Notes: generated by a model not told the origin, from the sequence alone. 64,000 bases of DNA from Eledone cirrhosa (GCA_964016885.1 OZ024742.1:365180001-365244000); one strand, 5' to 3'; counted from the first letter of the stretch, positions 27,432 to 41,076 are shown. Made by a program: numbers and translations.

Positions 27432-28049
27432 GATGCAGACAAACAGACAAACAGAGCGCTAGATATATAGGTAGATAGTTGTGACGTATATTATGTATGA
27501 GCACGTATGCCTAAATTACTGGCAAAGAAATAGTGTTACACGTATTCTTTTTAGAGCGATCTATAATATATAAAAAAGAAGAGCATGGGTTGTGTAATTC
27601 GAGTGCGTTTAGTACATTCTGGAAAGAAAGTTTTAATGCGGAAGTATAATTACTGGAAGTGCAGAGCTACGAACGTCGACACAATCAATCATTGATATAG
27701 TAAAACACATTTTAAATTTAAAAAGAAAAGATGACTACAAATACAACTATTGACATAATGGCGTGTTTTACTTGTAAGGAAGTGCAGAGCTATTTATTGC
27801 AGTGAATTATTTGCAAGAATCCTAAGCAAAATCACAATAGTTATTCTGTTGTTAATGTCATGTTGATTGTAAGCTAAAAACAAAATAAACGAGGAGAAAA
27901 CTTTTGATTAAATGAGAGAAAAAAAGATGGAAGTGGTGAGCTAGGTGCCAGGTAAACTAATAATGTTATTATACTTTTATAGAAAATATTTTAAAATATC
28001 AATTGGAATAATGATGGGAGAAAAAGTATAGTTGGAACAAAGCCAACTT

Positions 28050-28305
28050 AATAATAATAATCTATATTATTGTCTTCCTGTTTCTTCTACAACAACTACA
28101 ACGGTACGCGTTGGGGCCCACCCACAGACCCGGCGGACAGAATGGAAAAGGCGTTTCCACGGAGGACGGCGAGGGAGACGCGCTGAAAGAGCCACTCCAG
28201 CTCGCGGGGTTCACACCTGCAGCTGGCCAGTTCAGCGCCTATGGTGGTAAGTAGGAAGGTAGCCCTAGGGCCGAGGACACCAGAAGTCTCCACTGCCAGG
28301 AGTAG
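28050..28305 (-). mobile_element. 3' end of a CRE-like (restriction-like endonuclease) non-LTR retrotransposon
   Basis: LAVETSGVLGPRA..L..IG..L....EPRE..WLFQRVSLAVLRGNA..IL, then a short UTR and (TTA)n tail. Confidence 0.8.
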
Positions 28306-29293
28306 CCAGTTCAGCGCCCATGGTGGTGAGTAAGGAGGTAGCCCTAGGGCCGAGTACACCAGAAGTCTCCACTGCCAGGAGTAGCCAGCTCAGCGCCTAT
28401 GGTGGTGAGTAAGGAGGTAGCCCTAGGGCCGAGTACACCAGAAGTCTCCACTGCCAGGAGTAGCCAGTTCAGCGCCTATGGTGGTGAGTAAGGAGGTAGC
28501 CCTAGGGCCGAGTACACCAGAAGTCTCCACTGCCAGGAGTAGCCAGTTCAGCGCCCATGGTGGTGAGTAAGGAGGTAGCCCTAGGGCCGAGTACACCAGA
28601 AGTCTCCACTGCCAGGAGTAGCCAGTTCAGCGCCTATGGTGGTGAGTAAGGAGGTAGCCCTAGGGCCGAGTACACCAGAAGTCTCCACTGCCAGGAGTAG
28701 CCAGCTCAGCGCCCATGGTGGTAAGTAGGAAGGTAGCCCTAGGGCCGAGTACACCAGAAGTCTCCACTGCCAGGAGTAGCCAGCTCAGCGCCTATGGTGG
28801 TAAGTAGGAAGGTAGCCCTAGGGCCGAGTACACCAGAAGTCTCCACTGCCAGGAGTAGCCAGTTCAGCGCCTATGGTGGTGAGTAAGGAGGTAGCCCTAG
28901 GGCCGAGTACACCAGAAGTCTCCACTGCCAGGAGTAGCCAGCTCAGCGCCTATGGTGGTGAGTAAGGAGGTAGCCCTAGGGCCGAGTACACCAGAAGTCT
29001 CCACTGCCAGGAGTAGCCAGTTCAGCGCCCATGGTGGTAAGTAGGAAGGTAGCCCTAGGGCCGAGGACACCAGAAGTCTCCACTGCCAGGAGTAGCCAGC
29101 TCAGCGCCTATGGTGGTAAGTAAGGAGGTAGCCCTAGGGCCGAGTACACCAGAAGTCTCCACTGCCAGGAGTAGCCAGCTCAGCGCCCATGGTTTTAAGT
29201 AGGAAGGTAGCCCTAGGGCCGAGTACACCAGAAGTCTCCACTGCCAGGAGTAGCCAGCTCAGCGCCTATGGTGGTGAGTAAGGAGGTAGCCCT
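28226..29293 (+). repeat. 79-bp tandem array, ~13.5 near-identical copies, derived from the CRE-like endonuclease coding sequence
   Basis: Unit starts at 28226, 28305, 28384 and so on. Confidence 0.95.
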
Positions 29294-29520
29294 GAGCGTC
29301 GTCTGTCCATCCGTCCGTCACCTTGACGTTATATAGAGAGTAGTAGAGCCAAGTGAGAGAATATATGGATAGAGAGATAGTATGGAACACCGTGTGAGAG
29401 AAAGAGTTAGACAGAAAATGACGTTGCTGTGTTCCATATAGAGTGAGAGAGAGAGTGCCAAGTGAAAGATGTGTACATAAATAGAGAAAAAAGAGGAACG
29501 TCATTTGTTTAGAGAGAACG

Positions 29521-31108
29521 TGTGAGTGTGTGTGTGAGTATGTGTGTGTGTATCTGTGTGTGGTGTGTATGTGTGTGAGTGTGTGTGTGTGTGAGTCTGT
29601 GTGTGTGTGGTGTGTATGTGTGTGTATGTGTATGTGTGTGTGTGTGAGAGAGAGTGTGTGTGTGTGTGTGAGTGAGTGTGTGTGGGTGTGTGGGTGTATG
29701 TGTGAGTGTGTGTGTGTATGTCTGTGGTATGTGTGTGTGAGTGTGTGTGTGTGGGTGTGTGGGTGTATGTGTGAGTGTGTGTGTGTATGTCTGTGGTATG
29801 TGTGAGTGAGTGTGTGAGTGTGTATGTGTGGTGTGTGTGTGTGTGTGGTGTGTGTGTGTGTGTTTGAGTATGTGTGTGTGTATCTGTGTGTGGTGTGTAT
29901 GTGTGTGAGTATGTGTGTGTTAGTGTGTGTGTGAGTCTGTGTGTGTGTGGTGTGTATGTGTGTGTGTGTGAGTGTGTGTATGTGTGTGTGTGTGAGTGTG
30001 AGTGTGTGGGTGTATGTGTGAGTGTGTGTGTGTATGTCTGTGGTATGTGTGTGTGTGTGTGAGTATGTGTGTGTATTTGTGTGTGGTGTGTATGTGTGTG
30101 AGTCTGTGTGCGTGTGTGTGTTAGTGTATGTGTGAGTCTGTGTGTGTGCGGTGTGTATGTGTGTGTATGTGTGTGTATGTGTATGTGTGTGTGTGAGTAT
30201 GTGTGCGTGTGTGAGTGAGTGTGTGTGGGTGTGTGGGTGTATGTGTGAGTGTGGGTGTGTATGTCTGTGGTATGTGTGCGTGAGTGTGTGTGTGTGAGTG
30301 TGTATGTGGTGTGTGTGTATGTGTGTGTGTATGTGTGTTTGTGTGTGAGTGTGTGTGTGTGAGTGTGTGAGTGTGTGTGGTGTGTGTGTGTGTATGTGTG
30401 AGTGTATGTGTATGTGTGAGTGTGTGGGTGTGTGTGGGTGTGAGTGGGTGTATGTGTGTGGTATGTATGTGTGTATGGGAGTGTGTGTGTGCGTGAGTGT
30501 GTTTGTGTGTGTGAGTGTGTGTGTGAGTGTGTGTGTGGTGTGTGTGGTATGTGTGTGGGTGTGAGTGTGTGTGTGTGTGTGGTGTGTGTGTGTGTGAGTG
30601 TGTGAGTGTGTGAGTGTGTGTGGTGTGTGCATGTATGTGTGTGTGTGCGAGTGTGTGTGAGTGTGTGTGTGTGAGTGAGAGTGTGTGTGTGTATGAGTGT
30701 GTGTGTATGAGTGTGTGTGTGTGTATGTGTGTTGTATGTGTGTGTGAGTATGTGTGTGTGTGTGAGTGTGTGTGTGTGTGAGTGTGTAATGAATGTGTGA
30801 GTGTGTGTGTATGTGAGTGTGGTGTGTGTATGTGTGAGTGTGTGTGTGTGGGTGAGAGTTTGTGTGTGAGTGTGTGTGTATGTGTGTGTGAGTGTGTGTG
30901 TGTATGTATGTGTGAGTGTATGTGTGTATGTGTGTGGTGTGTGTGTGTGTATGTGTGTGGTGTGTGTGTGTGTGAGTGTGAAATGAATGTGTGGGTGTGT
31001 ATGTGAGTGTGGTGTGTGTATGTGTGGGTGTATGTGTGAGTATGTGTGTGTATGTATGAGAGTGTGAGTGTATGTGTGTATGTGTGTGGTGTGTGTGTGT
31101 ATATGTGT

Positions 31109-31141
<33 letters not shown>

Positions 31142-31950
31142 TGTGAGTGTGTGTGAGTGTGTATGTGTGTGGTGTGAGTGTGTGTGAGTGTGTAATGAAT
31201 GTGTGGGTGTGTATGTGAGTGTGGTGTGTGTATGTGTGAGTGTGTGTGTGTGTGAGTGGGTGTGGGTGTGTGTCTGTGAGTGTGTGAGTGTGTGTATGTG
31301 TGTGTGTATGTGTGTGGTGTGTGTGTGAGTGTGTGTGTGTGTGAGAGTGTGTGTGTGAGTGTGTGTGTGTGCGTGAGTGTGTGTGAGTGTGTGTGTATGT
31401 GTGTGTGAGTGTGTGTGTGTGAGTGAGTGTGTGTATGTGTGTGGTGTGTGTGTGTGTGTGAGTGTGTGTGTGTATGTATGTGGTGTGTGTGTGTGTGAGT
31501 GTGTGTGTATGTGTGTGTGTGAGTGTGTGTGTATGTGTGTGTGTGTGTGAGTGTGTGGTGTGTGTGGTGTGTGTGTGTGTGTGAGTGTGTGTGTGTATGT
31601 GTGTGGTGTGTGTGTGTGTGTGAGTGTGTGTGTATGTGTGTGTGTGAGTGTGTGTGTGTGTGTGGTGTGTGTGTGTGTGTGTGTGAGTGTGTGTGTGTGA
31701 GTGTATGTGTGTATGTGTGTGGTGTGTGTGTGTGTGTGGTGTGTGTGTGTATGTGTATGTGTGTGTGTATGTGTGTGGTGTGTGTGTGTGTGTATGTGTG
31801 TGGTGTGTGTGTGTGTGTATGTGTGTGTGTATGTGTGTGTGTGTATGTGTGTGGTGTGTGTGTGTGTGTATGTGTGTGGTGTGTGTGTGTGTGTATGTGT
31901 GTGTGTATGTGTGTGTGTGTATGTGTGTGGTGTGTGTGTGTGTGTGTGTG
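29521..31950 (+). repeat. 2.4-kb interrupted (GT)n low-complexity tract
   Basis: GT runs broken by GA, AT and GG. Confidence 0.95.
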
Positions 31951-31994
31951 AGACAGAAAGACAGACAAGACGTCACTCTATCTAGTAATAATAA

Positions 31995-33060
31995 CAATTG
32001 TTTCTACTTTAGGCACAAGGCCAGCAAATTACACAGTGTATTACTGGTACTTTATTTTATCGACCCTGTAAGGATGAAAGGCAAAGTTAACCTCGGTGAG
32101 ATTTGAACTCAGAATGGCAAGGGCCGTAACTCTATGCGTCAAACATGGCGTCCGACTCTCTATCGATACTGCCAATCCACCGCCTATTATTATTAGTGTG
32201 GTGTATGGCAGTATCGGTACAGCGCCGGACCCCATGCTTTTCCTATCATAGAAATACGGCCCTTTATGTTCTGAGTTCAAGTCCCACCGAGGTTTGTTTG
32301 CCTTTCATCCTTACGTGATCAATAAAATAACGTACCAGTAATGCACTGGAGTCGATTTTTTCGACTCTTCCCTTCCCCAAAATTGTTGGCATCGGTAGAG
32401 GGTCGGACGCCATGCTTTCCAGCATAGTTACGTCCCTTTACGATCTGAGTTCAAATCCCGCCGAGGTTGACTTTGCCTTTCATCCTTACGGGGTCGATAA
32501 AATAAAGTACCAGTAATGCACTGGATAATTGCTGGCCTTGTGCCTAAAGTAGAAACAATTATTATTATTATAGTTAGAGTTGATTGAGGGTGTCGGGAGT
32601 GCAGGGACAACATGTTTTGAGGCGTATAGTTCCGTTCCTTTACGTTCTGAGTTCAAATCCCACCGAGGCTTGCTTTGCCTTTCATCATTACAGGGTCGAT
32701 AAATTAATGTACCTGTAATGCACTGGAGTCAATTTAATTGACTTTCCCTTCCTACACAAAATTGTTAGCCGTGTGCCTGAATTAAAAATCGTGTCTCAAA
32801 TCCCGCTGAAGTTAGCTTTGCCTTTCTTCCTTAATGGATCGATATAATAAATAACAATTAACCCCCTGGGGATGATTCAATCGACCTTCGCCTCCCAAAA
32901 TACTATTGGTCTTCAGTCTAAATCAGAAGCTATCAGGTCGGTGAACTGGCCGAATGGTTTCAGTGTTGAATGAAACAATATTTTGTTACAGTTTTCTACG
33001 TTCTGGTTTCACTTCGTGGTCAACTTTCCAATACATCCGGTGTTGATACAATAATATAGT
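31995..33060. mobile_element. Cluster of tRNA-derived SINEs (one minus at 31995-32180, about five plus)
   Basis: Same motifs as the 21920-23790 cluster. Confidence 0.85.
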
Positions 33061-33405
33061 AATGTACTCGCAAAGATCCGGTTTCTCCTTATATCAACAT
33101 GTTAGACTTTGTGCCAGTGCTAGACGCACTGATTTCTAGCATTGACAGAGGAACGTAAAGGGCCGTAACTATGGCGCGAAGTATATTGTCCAATGTTCTG
33201 CCGATTACCGTTAATCAATAATATCAATAGATATAGGAAATATAATCTGTTGGACTTGTCATACCTGGCACTAATGTCAAATATTAGTCTCAAACTCGTC
33301 CAATAAATGACTTTAATTCCTACAATGTTATTGTGTGTGTGTGTTTGGTTCACTGAAGCATTAGTAGTGCATGTTCCAGATAGATGAGCTGTTATATATA
33401 TATAT

Positions 33406-34362
33406 ACTAGACATGAAAAATGCGCAAGCTCAAAAGTGCCACAGAATGTTATAATAAACCTTCAAAAGTGTGGGACTAGAGTTGTTGCTAAAAAATATTG
33501 TAATCATTATATATCGTACATTCTGTGGCATCCTTTATAAAAATAGCTTAAACCAACGAAGCCTTTATTTTTACGCTATTTCACTTAGTTAATTCTTAGA
33601 GTGTAACATATAAAAATATGATTTACAACTATAAAATAAATTAATTAATATAATAACAGAGCTGCGGAGCTGAAATTTAGGAAATAAGGGAATATCGGAT
33701 CCTGAGTTGGAGCCAGTCAATTTTTGGCCGACTCCGCAGCCCTGTATAATACATTTCATATTAAAGTTATTAATAAACCTATTTTACACTGCATGCAAAT
33801 TACCATGAGATATTGATATTAGATATAAGATACAGCGCAATATCTACAGCTGTAAAAGTACGAAAGCGAAGTAATAATAAGTGGCTTAAGGTAATTCCAA
33901 TATGAAAGTTTGTAGTGATAAAAATTTGATAATGCAATACGATTGTTAATATTATAGTTCTATGAAAATGTAACAATAGATAACTAAATTATTTTACTAT
34001 TAGTATATTTAAGAAATTATCATTATAGATTTGATCGTTCATATAAGCATCATATTAATTTTCAACACAATTATTTTGTTACTATGAGTATATGATAATA
34101 ATATTACGTAATTATTTATAGCTGTTATTACATTAAACATAGATGTATTTATTTTTATATGTTACACTCTAAGAATTAACTAAGTGAAATAGCGTAAAAA
34201 TAAAGGCTTCGTTGGTTTAAGCTATTTTTATAAAGGATGCCACAGAATGTACGATATATAATGATTACAATATTTTTTAGCAACAACTCTAGTCCCACAC
34301 TTTTGAAGGTTTATTATAACATTCTGTGGCACTTTTGAGCTTGCGCATTTTTCATGTCTAGT
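33406..34362. mobile_element. Element with ~213-bp near-perfect inverted arms (fold-back or MITE)
   Basis: 33406-33618 is the reverse complement of 34150-34362. Confidence 0.85.
33657..33744. mobile_element. 88-bp hAT-like MITE nested in the fold-back
   Basis: TIR CAGAGCTGCGGAG / CTCCGCAGCCCTG; 8-bp TSD TATAATAA/TATAATAC. Confidence 0.6.
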
Positions 34363-34914
34363 TTAATATTTTTTTAAGGCAACGCTTGTAATAACTCTAG
34401 TTAAAGAGGATATATATTAATAATAAATTATCGTTGTAATGTAATTAGATTATGTAATTGTTATTATAAATTATCTTATAAATATTAGTGTAAGATGTAT
34501 AAAAATATTTTCAGACTTTTAATATAAACAACTACAAAAAACAATCAATATTAAATCAATATATTATACATAATAGAAAACATAAAATAAACAATACAAA
34601 AACAAAATATTTACATACAATTGCAATTATCAGTGTATATACATTTTCTTTATATTCCCTGAGCAAATTAATAAGATTTGTTTTTATTGTACATAATTTG
34701 ATGACTTGTTGGAGTGTATTAAAAGATAGCAACAATTTGTGATTAAATTGTTATCTTAAGCAACTCACTTTTTAATAGTTGTTGGCTGAGCGAAATTGTA
34801 AAAGCCTATGAGCAAATATAAAAAAAAATACACAAACAACATTTCCTTGTGTTATTACAACATTAGATAAAATAATTGAGCAATGTCGTTATATTTTGCT
34901 CTTATTGCACATTA

Positions 34915-35085
34915 ATAGTGTTTCTATTTTTCGGCACAAATCCATTACGGCAGTCCATTACTGGTACTTTATTTTATCGAATTAGTAAGTATGAAAGTCG
35001 AAGTTAACCTCGGCAGGATTTGAACTTAGAATGCAAAGGACCATAACAATACTGCAAAGCATGGTGTCTGACGCTCTACCAATAC
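34915..35085 (-). mobile_element. tRNA-derived SINE
   Basis: Reverse complement of the SINE core and B-box. Confidence 0.75.
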
Positions 35086-35554
35086 TTGTGTTGAGCTGGT
35101 CATTAATTTATGGTGGTCGTGCGTGGAGTAGAGCAATCGCTAGTTGAAATATTATGAACAAAACATTTTTATTTGCCGAAGAACATATTTTCAATACTGT
35201 TTGTGAATGTGACGAAGGAAATACATTCTGATATGGAACAGTGTACAAAGTGTGTCTGTGAATAACATAATGTTACCTCATGTTGTTGTCAAGACATAAT
35301 GGATTTCGTATATCCAGTTAGAAGATGAAACCTAGCCATCTCGGATTAGTTATATTTCATGCCATGTGTAAACGTGTTTGAGGATAGCAAAATATGCGTG
35401 TTTCTTGTCTGGAAATGTTCTGCTAAACTGATTGGTTTCGTTTTTGGCACTATACAATACTCATCCAACAGATAGCTGTATTGGATCCTTGATTGGTTAA
35501 TATTTAGGTGAGGGTGCTTGATGCAGAGTTAGTGCAAAATGGATCAATGAGTGT

Positions 35555-36210
35555 AATAATAATAATGATAATAATAATGAAAATATTGTGTACAATGCTG
35601 AGGTGCACTACAACTCATCAAAAGTGCATATATAATACATAGGGTAATATAAAAACGTCAGGAAAAAAGAACAGTGCATGAGTCATGATATACACATATG
35701 TGCATGTGTATGGAAGGGGGACATCAGGTGTAGTTTTGGTGTATTTCGGAATGTATGATGGTTTTAAAGGATGCAGTGTGTCATCAGCTAACAACTGATG
35801 CAGGAAGTTTGTTCCATCCTTCAGCAACTCTGAGCATGAAGAAATATTTCCTAAAGTCATGGGAGCTGTGTTGTTTTCTGACTTTGTAGGCATGTCCACG
35901 TGTTAGACACATGGAGATCAAAAAGGTGTTCGGGGTTGTTGTTGGTCGGATGGTTAATAACTTTGTGGGTGTTTACCAAGTCCATTGCCAGAGGGAAGCA
36001 AAATATTCAGGGTATGGTAGGTGTCTGATGGAGGGTATGCGCTTGGTTGCATGTCTCTGAACAGTTTCCAGGAGGTCAATGTTCTGAGCAAGATAGGGGT
36101 TCCAGACTGATGACGCGAACTCCAAGTGTATTCGTACCATAGATGTATACAGCTTTAAATAGATGGCTGGAGAGCAGCTAATGAAGGTCTTGCTGATTGA
36201 TGCCAAGTCA
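35555..36210 (-). mobile_element. 5'-truncated CR1/L2-type LINE 3' end
   Basis: LYTSMVRIHLEFASSVWNPY..NIDLLETVQRHATKRIP; (ATT)n-like tail near 35555-35580. Confidence 0.8.
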
Positions 36211-36392
36211 ATCTTAATAAATTGACTGATTTATCTGTTCACTACTGCTAATCCACCGCTGTTTGTACAATTTTTTAGATAATGTCAATTTGAGCTTGAA
36301 TCATTGGCGTAATGAAATTTGAAAAGATTATAAGCAAATCTTTTTTAAAATACACAGACAACATTTAACTGTATCGTTGCAACATTAGATCT

Positions 36393-36575
36393 AATAATTG
36401 TTTCTACTTTAGGCACAAGGCCAGCAATTACCCAGTGCATTACTGGTACTTTATTTTATCTACCCCGTAAGGATGAAAGGCAAAGTCAACCTCGGCAGGA
36501 TTTGAACTCAGATCGTAAAGGGACGTAACTATGCTGGAAAGCATGGCATCCGACCCTCTACCAATACTGCCAAAA
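36393..36575 (-). mobile_element. tRNA-derived SINE
   Basis: Close match to the reverse complement of 32390-32565. Confidence 0.85.
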
Positions 36576-36599
36576 TAATGGAGCAACATTTGTGCAGAA

Positions 36600-37064
36600 T
36601 TATTGTTTGTGCAATAAGATATTTGCAGATCTGTACTCGGTCTGCTCTTTAGCCAACTCGGTACGTTTAGAAGCTCTACGCTCGGCTTGCTTTTGAGATA
36701 TAATAGCTGAATTTGCAGATCTATACTTGGCCTGCTTGTTTGCCAACTCATACCGTTTTGAACATCTATACTTGGCCTGTTTTTGTGTTAATTTAGCAAA
36801 ATTCACAGCTCTATAATCGGCCTGTTTTTGTCTCAACTTCTCCCGATTCCGCATCCGGTAAGCTGCTTTCACATCCAATTTAATACGCCCATCTAGATTA
36901 TTAGCACAGGAATGTGAACAAGCTTGTGGGACCGCATCATTGTAAGTATATGAACTGCCTGCAACATCAAGACCCAATTCACAAGTGCAGCGTTGCTCAT
37001 TCACATCGGCAGTGGGGACACCAAAATCAGTGACAGGTCTCGATTCACTCGCGAGATACATCAC
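36600..37064 (-). other. ORF fragment with ~15-aa charged repeats (KQAKYRSAN), probably TE-derived
   Basis: Five repeats of L..KQA.YR..; GC content above the flanks. Confidence 0.35.
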
Positions 37065-37230
37065 AGCTACACTATATATTTAAACATATATACAGTGATA
37101 CCTCGCTACTTGGCGGTTCAACTATCGCGGATTCACGATTTCGCGCAGTTTTAGAATATATATATGAACACCTAAAATTTTTCATTAAATCCATTAAAAT
37201 ATTAATAATAAACACAGTTCTAATCATACG

Positions 37231-37285
<55 letters not shown>

Positions 37286-37373
37286 TAAGTAATTAATACC
37301 GTATAAATGGTACAAAGACTGTTTATGTAAAATGTATTTCTCAACAGAGTATTGAATACTTAGGAGAAATTCA

Positions 37374-37583
37374 AAACGAAGAGTGATAAAATTTCAAGCA
37401 AAGAGTTTAATTAGGTAATGACTTACAAATTTGTTTCAGTATATAGACAAAGCCTGAAGCGCTAATTATAATAATTAGTTAATAATATTACAAAATATAT
37501 TAATATTATATTAAATATATACTGAAACAAATTTGTAAGTCATTACCTAATTAAACTCTTTGCTTGAAATGTTATCATTCTTC

Positions 37584-37590
<7 letters not shown>
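37374..37590. mobile_element. Fold-back with truncated hammerhead 3' half
   Basis: 37374-37445 is inverted relative to 37516-37588; GAAA CAAATTTG TA AGTC with palindromic stem III. Confidence 0.6.
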
Positions 37591-37643
<53 letters not shown>

Positions 37644-39371
37644 AGAGAGAGAGAGAGATTTATCTAGTCCTTCGCTCAAGATTAATCTATAAGTTTAGAT
37701 GTCTGCCTTCGTTTAAGTAAATATTACAGTAAGATTTTTAATATAAACAACTACAAAAAACAATTAATATTAAAACGAAAAAATTATCAATGATAAAAGA
37801 AGCGGATGCAACTTTTTTTTTATAAAGTTATATTCCTGTTTCTTTAAAAACATTTCATTTTTGTTATATTGTAGGCGAAATAATGCAATGGTTTAATAGG
37901 GAAGATATAACTTACCAATTATGTCTCTAACCGTGTAACGCTTTTTAAGTAGATAACTACAATTGAAAATACTAAAGAAATGGAACGAACAATTCAATTT
38001 GAAAGTCGTCTACTTATAGTGACAGTGTATTACTGGTACTTTATTTTATCGACCCCGTAACGATGAAATGCAAATGCTTAAAATTTAAATTGCCTTAATT
38101 CTATCGTCTGCTGTTTCATTAAAGGGAGATTCTCGTCTGTATTTAATTCTATCGTCTACTGTTCCACTAAACAGATATACCTCCACTATCGTCTCTATTT
38201 ATACATTTTAACTTATAACTTATACACATTTGATTTGAAATATTTTATCTAGTCCCCCCTCTCAATATTATGATGATTTCTTTCGAATGAAACAGTTCTA
38301 GTCCTGTAGAAGCCATTTATATATATAATTGAACTGAGTTAAAAATTCACAATATTTATAATTAAATAAGCTCATATATATATGTGTGTATTTATCTGTT
38401 TATTGTATTATATATAATGTGTGTATATACAGGATGTCCCCCAAAAATATATACACACTTCAACAGCATTCTAATAACTATTGCCTGTACAGGTAATCAA
38501 AGTGTCAATCGAATGTTAGTTTCGTGTTTTAACAGTACAAATTTACAATACACACATAAAACCAGTGTATATACATACATGAGTGTGTATACACATACAT
38601 GAATGTGTATATACAATATATATGTATATATATATAGACACATATATTCACGGTGCAACGGAACATTAAAATATAGATGCGGGAGGGGGGTGTATATATA
38701 GGGGCGCTGGGGATAAAGGAGTGTAAAGCGTGTGTAATTGATATATTGAAGGAGAGGAGCGTGCAGCGATAGAGTAACAAATATATAGAGAGGGGGAGAG
38801 ATGGTATTGAAGGGGAGGAGTGCAAAGCGAAAGAGTAAGAGCGATATATATATAGAGACGGAACAGATAGAGAGAAACAGGCGTAAGTAACAGTGGAAGA
38901 GATATATAGAGAGGGGGAAATGTGTTATTGAAGGGGAGGAGTGTAAAGCGAAAGCGTAAGATATATATAGAGAGAGGGGGAATAGTATATATATATATAT
39001 ATCAACACTTACTCTGATTGGTTGAAAATTAGCCAATGACATACGATCACCACCACCACGGCTATCCCCGAAAAATTTATGAAGATGTTAGGCATATATG
39101 TTAGAACACGAAAAGTGAACATTCTGTTGTTTCACACTTTTCGTGTTCTAACATATATATATATATATATATATATAGTGAAGGGGTGAAGAATAACATT
39201 GTTTCATTGTTTCATTGTTTAGGTGTCTAAAGGGCGCTAATCAATCGAAATTGCGTCACTCGACTTTAAATACAGTGTGTGTCTCTGATCAGATCATCGG
39301 AATACTGTATATATATTACGTATATATATATATATATATATATATAAAGTACCTGTAATATCGACCCTGGC

Positions 39372-39625
39372 AAAGATGTTCTGCTTGAAATAACACAATT
39401 ACAGGCAGCAAAAAATCACAAGCAAAAAAACCCAGGGAAAGTAGTTATGAGCAAGGACAATTGGTGTACAATGCCACATTGACTGTATTGAGTCCTGCAC
39501 TGTAACCAAATGCTCTTGCTTATAACTTCTTTCCCTGTGTTTTTTGCTTGTACTTTTTACTTATACCTATTACACTTCCAACCGGTGTTGCCTGTAATTG
39601 TGTTCTTTCAAGCAGAACATCTTTT
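39372..39625. repeat. Imperfect ~250-bp palindrome; degenerate hammerhead downstream at 39729-39776
   Basis: AAAGATGTTCTGCTTGAAA.AACACAATTACAGGCA inverted at 39589-39624; CCGATGA..GAAA CAATTG TC GGGTA. Confidence 0.6.
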
Positions 39626-39948
39626 TAACTCCTGAATCTCCACATGATGCCTTTGACACTAATAACAACTATGTACCCTACATGTCTAAATGACTAGGAT
39701 TCTAATTACACGTTTTCGACATTCCTTATGCTCCGATGATCCCAGACTTCCCTCTAGAAGAAACAATTGTCGGGTAATAAATGTTCTGAACTAAAATTTG
39801 ATCGTTTTAACACTTTGTATCTCGGCTCTGTAAAACACTTGAAAATTTGCATTGAGCTTTTTGTCATGCCGGTTACCGGCTAGTACTTGGTACTACCCTA
39901 CATATTTATAGTTATATCAAACATATATAAATATAAATATAAATATTG

Positions 39949-40034
<86 letters not shown>

Positions 40035-40039
<5 letters not shown>

Positions 40040-41025
40040 ACGTTAAGTTTAACGTTCGAGAAAATGAAAGTAAATTTTCTGACAAGTGAATGTGTTTGGT
40101 TTTTTTTTTACAATGAAAGTTACGATACACTGTTTGTTTATTTACAACAGGTCTCTATAGTGATATGGTGTTAATTAGTATTGCGTGTGTGATTATTTTT
40201 TCTTTTTCTTTTTTTTTTGTGTATTGTGTGTACGGAAAATGACATTGTGTGTTGAAAGAAATAAATTTTTTTTAAATAACTACCTAGTTAGACGTTTGTT
40301 GCATATGACATATAAATTGACGTACCTTATCAACATCCTTATTAGACCGTATAAATAGCTGAAATACAGTTGATCATCTCGCCAAACTTGTTGGCACCAA
40401 CTCTCTGCCGCCAAAGAAATTCAGCTAAATACGAGGGGAATAAATCGTCGCTTGTCCCATGTTGTCGACGAAGCTTTTTCTTCGCACAGCTCCAGGTGTT
40501 CTCTATGAGTTGTGTGTGCACATTAGGGTCTTCAGGATCGACAAAGTTCCGTTGGTGCACAACAACATCATGGAGGTAAATGCCACCTTGAATTTCTTCA
40601 ATATCAGAATAGGAAGCCCAACCATCGGACATGATGTGGCTTCCTGGCAAAATCCATTCCTGTATGATGGGGACAAGAGTCTCACGGCTTCGATCTGGGA
40701 CTTCGATGAGGCAGCAGCGTCCAGAATAAGGATGTTGATAAGGTACGTCAATTTATATGTTATATGCAACAAACGTCTAACTATGTAGTTATTTTTAAAA
40801 AATGTATTTCTTTCAACACACAATGTCATTTTCCATACACACAATACACAAAAAAAGAAAGAGAAAAAATAATCACACACGCAATACTAATTAACACCAT
40901 ATCACTATAGAGACCTGTTGTAAATAAACAAACTGTATCGTAACTTTCATTGTAAAAAAAAAAAACACATATTCACTTGTCAGAAAATGTACTTTAATTT
41001 TCTCGAACATTAAACTTAACGTATG

Positions 41026-41027
<2 letters not shown>
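40035..41027 (-). mobile_element. Merlin/IS1595-like DNA transposon derivative with ~305-bp TIRs
   Basis: TIRs 40035-40343 and 40725-41027 starting GGCATACG; internal frame IEVPDRSRETLVPIIQEWILPGSHIMSDGWASY..H..V.H..NFVDP...HTQLIENTW. Confidence 0.88.

Positions 41028-41073
<46 letters not shown>

Positions 41074-41076
<3 letters not shown>

Noticed and set aside
28226-29293. CRISPR-like regular array
   Set aside because: Units are contiguous with no unique spacers, there are no cas genes, and the context is eukaryotic.
29259-31997. 912-aa His/Thr-rich ORF and overlapping ORFs
   Set aside because: Translation of an interrupted (CA)n tract, which rarely contains stop codons; no sign of protein-level constraint.
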